NCBI GenBank assembly: GCA_012862495.1
Contig: BLSG01000081.1
Coordinates: forward strand, 107,186 to 171,185
Length of the DNA: 64,000 nucleotides
Direction of reading: 5' to 3'
From: Thraustochytrium aureum
Taxonomy: Eukaryota
Shown one piece after another: positions 42,060 to 52,344 of this stretch. Made by a program: the position numbers and the translations under genes. The notes below the pieces were generated by a model. It was not told where the DNA came from. It made no database searches and saw only the letters and a program-made list of their open reading frames with translations. How positions within the stretch are numbered: position 1 is the first letter of the stretch; each line of letters opens with the position of its first letter.

Positions 42060-43274
42060 TCAACCGACGGAAGACACCGGTTTGCCCTCTTGCAGAAGAA
42101 AAGGCGGCTCGCACCCTGACGCGCGACATTGCTCCCAGTCTACCTGGCTGAGCCAGGCATGGCTGGCGACCTCGCCGAAACCCGCTGCGTAGCCAAGCCG
42201 TGCCTGTCTAGATTTCACGAGCAGTGACTCGAGCAAGACTGCAAACTGCGGGTCAACGACACAGTCTTGAGGAATCGGGACCGGTGCTGTGCAAATGAGC
42301 ACGCACGTTTGCTGCTCGTCCTCATCGAAAAACGGCATCGTCCCGAAGACCATCTCGAAAGCGACGATGCCGAGCGACCACCAGTCGGTCTCTGGCCCGT
42401 GAGGCTCCCGCTTTAGGATCTCAGGAGCGCAGTAGGGGAGTGTCCCCGAGTGCGACACAACCTCGACCCGGCCAGTTTCCTCGTTGCGGTGCTCACTCGG
42501 GCGGAGCAACGTGGACAGGCCAAAATCGCACAGGCGAATGTGCCCATCGCTGCCGATTAGCACGTTCTCGGGCTTGATGTCTCCATGAATCACGCCACAT
42601 CCGTGCATGTGCTCAAGCGCGAGCATGATTTCTGCAATGTAAAACCGTGCTTGCTTCTCGTCAAGCACGACATGCTGCAATAAATTGTAGAGGTCGCCAC
42701 CGCCGGCCCACTCCATGCCAACAATGATTCGACTCGGAGCGTGGTGAATAAAGTCCAGGCCAATCACAAACTTGCCCGGCTTGCAGACTTGGCGCATGAT
42801 GGCCACCTCGTGCCACGCTGCTGCTGCGGCCGCGGGCTTTGGGCTCTCCAAGCCTCCCGATGAGCAGGCAAGTGTCTTGACAGCGATTCGGGCGCTCAAG
42901 TTCCGCACGGTTTTCCCGTTGCAAAGGCTTGTGCTGTCGATGAGAAACCGCTGCGCTCCAGCAAGCTTTAGACTGGCCATGGCTTGTCGAAGCGCCCCAA
43001 GGTCGAAGCGACCGTCCAACGCCGGGCTGAGTGGTACGTCCTGGAGCGCTCGGAACCCGCAGAGTGTGGCGCTGACTACCGAACACTGTCCAGTAATCTG
43101 TTCCTGCATGCCGATGACGCCAGTGCCGTCGGCGGTCGCGATCATGTCGTACTCGATCGCCCACAGACAGGGACCACGAGCGCCACTTGCCTCGGTCGCC
43201 GAGGCAAGTGGCGCGCTCTCCGTCATCCCGTGCTTGCGCGAAAGACGCAAAACGAGGTCACAATCAAGCACCAT
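42060..43274 (-). CDS. AGC-like serine/threonine protein kinase
   Basis: IAVK, WHEVAIM, MEWAGGGDL, IHGDIKPEN, CDFGLS, GTLPYCAPE, DWWSLG, RLG. No glycine-rich loop is evident; 5' end uncertain. Confidence 0.85.
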   Translation of the reverse strand: MVLDCDLVLRLSRKHGMTESAPLASATEASGARGPCLWAIEYDMIATADGTGVIGMQEQITGQCSVVSATLCGFRALQDVPLSPALDGRFDLGALRQAMASLKLAGAQRFLIDSTSLCNGKTVRNLSARIAVKTLACSSGGLESPKPAAAAAAWHEVAIMRQVCKPGKFVIGLDFIHHAPSRIIVGMEWAGGGDLYNLLQHVVLDEKQARFYIAEIMLALEHMHGCGVIHGDIKPENVLIGSDGHIRLCDFGLSTLLRPSEHRNEETGRVEVVSHSGTLPYCAPEILKREPHGPETDWWSLGIVAFEMVFGTMPFFDEDEQQTCVLICTAPVPIPQDCVVDPQFAVLLESLLVKSRQARLGYAAGFGEVASHAWLSQVDWEQCRASGCEPPFLLQEGKPVSSVG

Positions 43275-44710
43275 GCGGTGCAGTCTAAATGACTTGTCGA
43301 GCGCGGCGCTGCTGGGCGATCGGGACGTGGAGCTCGAATGGGGGTCTGGTCAAGGCAGAGCGTTGCAGGAGGTTGGTCGCACACTTGCGTTTCCGTGGAT
43401 CGCTCGCGATTCATGGATACTCAGTACTCTACTGCATAACGTCTTCTGGGGCCTGGAGTCCGGCTCTTGCGATTGGCTGGAGTCTGGCTTTCTCCTCGGA
43501 GTGTCGAGAATGCACGGCGACGCGGAAGTGCGGCCGAGCACCTCCTTGGGCCGAGGACCTTTCGCACGGCTGGCTGTTCAGGGTCGCTGGAAGCGCTCCG
43601 TGGACCAATTCGTTCAGCAAAAGCAAGGAGGATCCTTCAAAGGCAAAGCTCAGTGTTGGCGCGCGGGCCAGTTGCGGCGGTCCGGCGCATGAACCCGCGC
43701 TGTCACGCATCGACGCCGTCTTTATTAAAAATTGCACTTGGCAGGCTCGGGCGTGCCGGGGTGGGAGATTTTGTTCGAGGATTCTCCCTGTCCCGTCTGC
43801 TGCTGGCTGAGAACTGACGCTGAACGCTCGGCCGGTCCCGACGCACCTGATGACAAGAAAGGTTGGTAGAGTCCGTTACAGAAACTCCAGGCTGCAAAGC
43901 AAGCCGATCGATCGGGCGCTGTCAAGCAGTCGGATCCCCTTCGCTGCTTTGCGCCAAGATCATTCATTCTCAACTCGGCGAGCGGCGCCGCGAGCATTGC
44001 GCATGGTTCAAGGGTTCGAGGACGTGCAATGCCTGCGTGGGACAACGTCGAGCAGCCACGTCTTCTCACCGTCAACAAAGCGCGAAGAATCATGCGAGTA
44101 CTGGAGAGAACCCGTAGGCGTGCATCGCAGGGACTCCGTCAAAGCAGAGATTCTGAGGGTGCTGTTGCGCTTGCCCAACACAGTGACGGGCGTGTGTGCT
44201 GCTACGCATGCTGGAGTGCTCTCAAGAGCGGCGCTTTGACGCAAGCTGGCTGGCCAACTTGCAAACAGGCAAGCAAACAGGAGAGCGACTGACTCGGAGC
44301 AATTGGACCACGTGGCTCCTTGATTGCGGTCGCCCGGGCCGAAGCGCCGGTCCGCCTCCAGCGGCAGAGCGGCGCCACGTCAATGGGCAGCGAGCGAGCT
44401 GTGGTGAATACTGAACTGAAGGATGTCGCAGACGCGCCAGCCAGGCCGCTGACAGCCGGCTCGCCAGCCGGCCGCCCAACGTCTTGTTCGCCTGGACCTC
44501 CAACGTCCTGTTCGCCTGGACCTACTACTACCTGTTAGACCTTCGCTGTGGAGCGTGTCCCGGTTTGTATCCACTTCGCTGTTCACAGGACGCGTGTTCC
44601 CGCTGCCGAGCACGGGTGCCGAACGGCGAGCTTGCGAGGGTGGTCGCCTGGCGCGCAGGCCGGGGCCAGCAGGGACTAGCTCGAGCTGGCTTGCTCGAAA
44701 GTGCGGAGGC

Positions 44711-47068
44711 GATGGCCGACGAGACGGCCGCCGCAGTGACTGCAGGCGTGACGGCGGTGGCCTCGACGATCTCCATCCTGGCCAAGCAAACTGCGCTCGC
44801 CTCGTTCGGCGGCGCGACCGTCGTGTCGATCGCGTACCTGGCGCGCCGAAGCCGCCGCGCGCAGGTCCGTACCATGAAGTACAAGCTGTCCAAGTGGAGC
44901 AAGGCGAGCCGCTCGGATTTCGCTCGTGCAACGCTTGGCGAGAGCAAGCGCCCCAAGAGGCTCCAGGTGCAGGTCGACCGCGAGGCAGAGCTTGCAGTGC
45001 TTCGGCACCATGTTCTTGACTCCAAGCCGACCATAGCCTTCCTCACGGGCCCAGAGGGGTCCGGCAAGAGCTGGGTTGCAAGCCAAGCGCTCAATTCCAT
45101 CGACCACGTGCTTCGCGTCGATTTGCACAAGGAGCAAGTATCCGCCGGCAGCGTTGGAGCCACCGAGCTGCTGGAGCACCTGGTGCGCAAGAGCGGTTAT
45201 TTCTATCCAACCAACGTGCTGGTCGACCTCGGCTTGGTGCAGCAGCCGCAGCGGGAACCGAAGGGCCTCATCAACCGCAAAGAGGTCGAGCTCGCGCTCT
45301 ACTACTTGGAGACCGCTCTCGAAGAGCTTGTGGAAGAGACGGGCAAGTACCCGTGCATCTTTATCGGTACGTTGCCGCTGGCCCGCTGGCCCGCCACGGC
45401 CACGTTCTTCCAGAGTGGCACCAGCTAACCTCCCCTCCTTCCCCCCACGCTCTACTCGTGCCACGCTCTACTCGTGGGCTGCGCGCGCCGAGCAGACGAG
45501 GTGCACTCGCTCAAAGAGAGTGCGCTCAAGTCGAATGACTTTACAGTGAGTTGGTTCCGTCCGCGCGCCGCGTAGCGCGCTGCGTGCTGACGGAGAGCTT
45601 GCTCTTGCGCAACCCTACGCGACCCGTTAGAGGCTCCTGCAATGGGCGATGCATGTCACCGACAACGGCTTGTGCAACTTTGTGTGAGTCTTGCGGCTGC
45701 GGCCACCTCTGGCACACCTCTCTTTAGCTACTAGAGAGCTACCAGAGCTCTACTAGAGGAGCTGAAAATGGGCTAACTGGAGGCTAACGTCGCTCCGTGC
45801 CCATGCAGTTTCGTCGGGCGTGACACGTCTTTGCATATCCTCGACCAAGAGCACCAATCGCTCCGGCAGAGGCGCATCCACTTTCCCATCGACTATCCTG
45901 TCGTGACCCCAGACATGGTCAAGATTGCCTTGCGGGACGCCGAGCTCGCCCCAGACCAACGAAGCCAAGATGGCGCTGCGACCGCCGACGACGCGGGTGA
46001 CGCTGCCCAGGACGCCGTGGAGAAAGGCGCGCCCGAGCAGGAAGCCACTAAGCGAGCGAAGAGTGACACCCAGGGCGCAGAGCAGGGCGCAGAGCAAGAC
46101 GACAGCCCGCAGCGCGCATCGGCCTCCGCACCGCAGGACGAGGCAGGTAAGGCAACAGAGCAGAAGGAAAGTCCAAAGACCGCCCAAGGCGGCACCGAAG
46201 GCCCAAGAACCAAAGACCGCAAGAAGAACGCGGAGCAAAAACGGCCCGCAAGGCAAGACTACGAAGGAGGAACACGAGGGCCCTGCTGTGGACGGCTCCG
46301 TCGAAGCCAAGCTGCTCTGCTCCACATTTGGCGGCCAGCTGCGCGACATGGAGAAGGCGATCGATTTTGTAAGTGCGGGGACTCGCGGCGCTTGCAAGGC
46401 GAGGCGAGGAGCCGCCGGGTATGCTGACGGCGAGCCTGATGCAGGCCGACAACGGTGTTTCCATCAAGGCGACCGTTTCACGAATGGTGACAGAGACGAC
46501 ACACTTTATTCAGGCCTTCACCCTGGAGCCCATCCTTGCCGAGATAGCCGAGCTACGTGACAAACAAGCGCTCGCGGAAGCGTACAAGCGGTATTTGCGC
46601 TGCTGGAAGATGATGCAGCTCTTTAGCGAAGGCGGCGAGGGGTCTGTGACGATCGTGCAAGACCGCCTTCTCTACGAGGTGTTCGACGAAAGCGGCCACG
46701 AGATCGACGAGTACGTTGAGAAGGGGATCCTCCGGTACTGCTGGCCGCCACTTGGTTCGAACAAAACGCACGAGATCACCTTGACCCCGCTCTCGCCGCG
46801 GTTCCAGTGCGCCTTCTCGCAACTTGTCAACAAGCCAGGCCTTCAAAAGGTGGCGCTCGACATCAAGCGCGAGCTCGCCAAGCTCGACCTGCAGACCGAG
46901 CAAGACCGTTTCTCAAGCCGCGTCGACGCGATGCTGTCGGTGCAAAAGGTCCTGGGCGAAGGCAACCCGGAGTCGCGCCTTTTGAAGGAGGAGATGGCCG
47001 TGCTCTGGTCCAAGCTCCGGGCGAACTGGGCCGACTACGACTCGCTTCTGGAAGAAAAGTCCAGCTAG
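44711..47068 (+). CDS. Membrane-anchored P-loop ATPase (AAA+/archaeal-ATPase-like); introns 45367-45495, 45546-45630, 45684-45808, 46369-46444; frameshift at about 46200-46270
   Basis: N-terminal hydrophobic anchor, VDREAEL, Walker A GPEGSGKS. Splicing restores Walker B PCIFI|DEVH; FGGQLRDM helix motif. All four introns are GT...AG and splice in frame. Confidence 0.7.
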
Positions 47069-47478
47069 CTTGGGCGGCGCGCGGATCGGGAGTTCAAGTT
47101 GGTCGAGCTTTCTAGCTAGCAGCCGACGAAGGAGCGGAAGTAGACCAGCAACGCTGCTGGCGACGCCGCATCTACTACCACGCTAGAGCTAGCTCTGGCT
47201 AGCGCTAGCTAGCTAGAGAGATCAAGGATGGCGCGATCTGTGGTTTGTTGTTCGTGTAAAGTGGGGCTGGGGTTTCGTTGAAGCGCACAGGGCGGAGCAG
47301 GATCTGGGCAACGTCCGCGCGCACTGAACCTGCTCATTCGCAGCCTGGCTCGATTGGCAGGCAAGTACGTAGTCGGGGGAAAAAAATCACCTCTGTGGAA
47401 ATCGCAAGCGCTCTCGGGCAACAAATCGCATGCGCTCTCGGGCAGCAAGCGCTATTGTGAAACGGCCAGGCGCCTGGC

Positions 47479-49676
47479 TCAGATACCCTGGGTGACCCCG
47501 TTGACGATCTCAAAGGGAAACGGCGGCTTCCAGTCGCAGTCAGGCACCTTCTCGTGCTCCACCGGGTACTCCTCAAAGTTGGAGGTGTCCTCCGGAGAGC
47601 TAACTTTGGGGCGGATGGGAGCCACGATGGTGTGAGCATACAGCCCGTCCCAGTCAAACCCGCTGAACCACCGGTGCTTGACAATCGCTTGGATTCCCTC
47701 CTTGGTGTTGCCGAGGCGCTTTGTCTGGAACGGGTTGAGGAGGCGGCGGATGAGGTCAGAGCACGAGCGCGAAAAGTGCGAAGGGAACTTGAGGTCGCCG
47801 TCAAGGATGAGCTGGTAAACGTCCATGGGGTCGTCAGCGTAGAACGGCACGTACCCCGCTGTCATCTCGTAGGTGAGGATACCGAGCGCCCAATAATCGA
47901 CGGCCTTGTCGTGGCCCTTGGAAAGGATTATCTCCGGAGCGAGGTAGTCGGGGGTACCGCAGAGCGTCCATGTGCGGTCTTTGACAACCTTGGCCAATCC
48001 AAAGTCGACGACCTTGATGTACCCCTCATCGTCGAGCATGAGGTTCTCGGGCTTGAGGTCGCGGTACACGATATGCTTGCTGTGCAGATGATCAAAGGCC
48101 TGCAGCACGGTGCTCGAGTAAAACTTGGAGGCCTTCTCGGTGAAACGGCCCGCCTTGCGCAGTGCTGTAAACAGCTCGCCGCCAAGACAGAGCTCAAGCA
48201 GCAGGTAAACGTACTTTGCGTCCCAGTACGAGTTGTACAGCTTGAGCAGGAACGGGTGGTCGATCATCGTCATCACGCGGCGCTCGTCCACCACGTGGGC
48301 CTCGAGCGAGTTCTCTTCAATCTGCGACTTGTTGAGGCACTTTAGGGCAAACGTCTCGCCCGTCTCGCGGTGCTTGACGATCTGCACCTTGCCAAAGGCG
48401 CCCTGACCAAGGATGATCTCGCGCTCCGTCCCAGGGCGCCCTTTGCGCGCAAACTTGCGCTCCAGGTCCTCAAACTTGATGTCTTTGTGGTACTTGTGAA
48501 ACTTGTCTTCCTCGGAGCCTGCGTCTGCGCTTTCTTTTGCGACGTCGTCTTTGCTTCGCGAGCGCAGGTCTTGCAGAGAGCCGAGCAGCGTGACGAAGTC
48601 ATTGCGCCCCATCGTCAGGCATCCCACCTTGGTCTTGGCCGTGACCGTGGCGGCGCGCTTTTCCTCGGTCAGGAGCGCCTTGTGGCCAAAGTAGTCCCCA
48701 GGCCCGCCCGTGCCCACGACACCGTCGTCCTTCTTGCTGTATTCAACCTCGCCCCACTCGATGATGTAGAATATGTCGCCGATTTCGCCTTCGCGGATGA
48801 TGACGCTGCCCACGTCAAACTCCTCCTCGTCGACGGCGTCAGCGAGGCGCGAGAACTCGTGCGGAGTAAGGTGTTGCAGGTCGGGCACTTTCTGGAGGTA
48901 GCCTTGGAACTGTTCCTTGCGGAGCATCTTGTGGTGCAAGTGGATGTTGCGGTAGTCTTGGCGGTTGATGGCCCACAGCACGCAGTCCGCGGTGGCGCGG
49001 ATCGTCGCCGCGCGCGGCTTGCTGTACATGAGGGCGAGCTCGCCGAAGCTGTCCCCAGGGTTCATCTGGCCATAGTGAGCTGCGGCAGCCCCTTCCGCAA
49101 CTGACACGAGCACGTCGAGGGTTCCGCTTTCGATGACGAAAAACTTGTCGCCCACATCGCCCTGGACGATGGCGTCCTCGCCAGACTTGAGCGAGACCAT
49201 GTAGAATGCGTCGACGCACTCCTCTTTTTCTTCCTCGCGCAGGCCCTTGAACAGCATGTTGGCGTCCACGCTGCGCTTGATGATGCTCTTAACCTCGTCC
49301 GACTTGGGGATGACGATGCGCTCGTAGCTTTCCTCGCGGTGCTCGGAGGCGAGCTGCTTGTTCCAGGCCTCGGCGGAGACTTCTTCGCGACGCGCAGGCT
49401 TGCTCTTGTCGCCGGCGGCGCTGCCCACAGGGTTGTTCAGGTAAGGACGACATGCGGCGCGTGTTCTCCGCGACGATCGACGGCCGCACGGGCCCGGTCC
49501 CTGAAGCTGCGCCAGCGCCGAGCTCTGCTTTGAGCCTGTCGATCTCGGACGACGCGGCCTCGAGCTCTTTGGTCAGCTTGTGGATTTTCTCCGCCTGCTG
49601 CGCCACGAGTGCGGCGTTGCCGCCCCCATGTTCGGCGGGTGACGCCCCCGTTGTGTGCGCTCGCTGCGCCGCCCAT
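47479..49676 (-). CDS. Cyclic-nucleotide-dependent protein kinase with PKG architecture (MG start, coiled coil, 2 CNB domains, AGC kinase); frameshifts at about 49647 and 49443
   Basis: MGGAAS start; AEKIHKLTKELEAASSEIDRLKAEL coil; CNB-A SFGELALMYSKPRAAT; CNB-B YFGHKALLTEEKRAAT; kinase LGQGAFGKV, YRDLKPEN, DFG, RTWTLCGTPDYLAPE. Confidence 0.9.
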
Positions 49677-52344
49677 GTTGCTTTTTCCTGCTCGCAATTC
49701 AAGCTCTTGTTGTCGGACAAGCGACGCTGCTGCCTGCTCGACTGCCTGCCTGCCTGCCTGCCTGCCTGGGCGCGCGTGCCTGCGACCACGACTTCCTGCT
49801 TGGCTGCCCGCCCGCACTCTAGTTGGGGTTCGAGACGGCACGGCTCGACGCCTTGCGAGTCTGTGTGTCTTTTGCGTCCCCCTTGCCAGCCTTGCAGGCA
49901 CGTAGAGATGCAGCAGAGATCCGCTTCGCCGGGCGGCAGTCCTCTACGTANNNNNNNNNNNNNNNNNNNNNNNNNNNNNNNNNNNNNNNNNNNNNNNNNN
50001 NNNNNNNNNNNNNNNNNNNNNNNNNNNNNNNNNNNNNNNNNNNNNNNNNNNNNNNNNNNNGGCACTGAAGGTGCTCACCGTGAAGCTAGTCCGCCGAGCA
50101 TCTCAACCGACACATTGGCCCAAACCGCGCCCGCCGCTCCGAATCGTGTACAGCACAGCGACCAGACGTGCCGCCGTGGCGCGCCCTTTCGCAGCCGCAC
50201 GGCGTGATAACGGAACGCGAGTGCGCGGCATAGGTTGTCCGTTGCATTTCTGCGACCGGTCATCGCTTGCCTCCCAGCGAGAGAATGGCCGAGAGCGATG
50301 GTTTACAACCGGCAAGTCGTTCGTGCAAGCAACGCTTCTCCGCGTCCTGAATCTGCGGCCGACGCCGAGCTCGACGCCGCGCTCGGACTGGCTGCGAAGC
50401 GGCAAATCGGCCTGCTCGAACGCCCTTTGGTCAGAGACCGACGGAGGCCGTAACGGACAAACCCAAGCAAACAGAGGAGCAGGCGCATAACAGCGGAGGA
50501 CTCGGCTGCCGACCCTCTAATACTGCGTTGACCCTCTGTACTCTTTGGCGACGCGAGGCGAGTCGTGAACCATCAGTCAAGTCAGCCAATGGTCTTGATT
50601 GAAATCAGGCTCCGAAATGTCCAATCAACTCTGCTCTTTGTGCAAAGCAGCAAGCAGGTCAGGTGTCTACCCAAAGGCTTCGGTAGGTAAGTAGGTGCAG
50701 TCACGGTAGGTGGAAGGCGGCGGTGGATGCAGCTTCCGCGAAAGAGGGAGCGCGCGGCTCACGAGCAGGTGGGTCGGAGGGAGCGTCCAGGATTCTCGGC
50801 AGCGTTTCAAAGCCGCTCTTTTCCCGTTCGCCCGGCCTCACCAATTCTCCTTGGCCTCACACGCACCGTCTCAGCAAGCCACTGGCAAATGCGATGGACT
50901 CGGACGACAGCTCACCAAATGGACTCGGATGCCTCACTGAATGGAAAATAAAACGCCTGCACTTCAGTTTGAAAGCGAAGGCAGCTAACGCAGCACAACG
51001 CTGGCAGCTGCGATGCGATGCGATGCACCCAGCTGGGTGACGAGCACCGAGCCCATGCAGCGAGGGAAGCGTCGGATGACCCGGATCCTCCTCGCTGCCA
51101 CCAAGGTCGAGCACGCTGCTTATTTCGATACGCATGATCGCTCGTGGGCAGGCGCTCACGGCGGCCGATGCTCGCGCGCTCGCCGGTCCATCGTGATCGC
51201 AGCTGCGAGCCAAGCGTTGCCGCGGCCTGCGAAACGGACAAGTCATCAGGGGGCAGATCCGAAAATTTCGTTCGCGGGTTCGTTTGTTTGTGGCGAGACG
51301 GTGCACTTGGCCCAAGGCTTGCGACGACGAGCCTCCGAAACCCGGCGCCCTCACGGGGCAAACTCACTGCAGGCCAACCAATAACTCACTTCTGTGCTGT
51401 TGGCTCCACCAAGGAGGACCTGCACTCGAGTCGAGCGCTGGTAGTACGAGCAGAATGCAGCTCTGCGCTCGCCCCTCGCCCGCCTCCTCTCGTTCACCCC
51501 GGCGACGAGGCGCAGCGAAACGAGCGAACGGGCGGGCGTCGAAAGGGGGGAGCGAAATGATAAGATCACGAGGACGACGTGAGAGTATGCACAAGTCAAT
51601 TTGGGGAGGAGTGCCAGTGGGCAGAGCTGGTTCGTACGGTACTCTACTGTGTCTGTCTACAGGCAAGCCGCCGATTACGGTAGAGTAGAGTATTGAGTAC
51701 TTACTCTGCTCGACTTCACACGCTCCTTCCTGCGCGGAAAANNNNNNNNNNNNNNNNNNNNNNNNNNNNNNNNNNNNNNNNNNNNNNNNNNNNNNNNNNN
51801 NNNNNNNNNNNNNNNNNNNNNNNNNNNNNNNNNNNNNNNNNNNNNNNNNNNNNNNNNNNNNNNNNNNNNNNNNNNNNNNNNNNNNNNNNNNNNNNNNNNN
51901 NNNNNNNNNNNNNNNNNNNNNNNNNNNNNNNNNNNNNNNNNNNNNNNNNNNNNNNNNNNNNNNNNNNNNNNNNNNNNNNNNNNNNNNNNNNNNNNNNNNN
52001 NNNNNNNNNNNNNNNNNNNNNNNNNNNNNNNNNNNNNNNNNNNNNNNNNNNNNNNNNNNNNNNNNNNNNNNNNNNNNNNNNNCACAGTTTTTTGTCCGCC
52101 GAGCCTGCCTCCTCAATCTCGCCGCGCGAAATCGAGGGAGGTACATCTGCCATTCTGAGTACGCCAGGGGTTTGATTGCACCTGTTTTCGAAGGACAAGC
52201 GGCACGGGCCCCCGCGAAAGAAAGCGTTGGTTTGGATTCCAAGGTTGATCGCAGACCCGCATCACGAAGCACTTTCGCGCCCAGCGTCCCGAGCGAGTAC
52301 CAAGAAGACGCGCTTCGAGTCGTGCAGCGAAGCGCGACGCTGCG

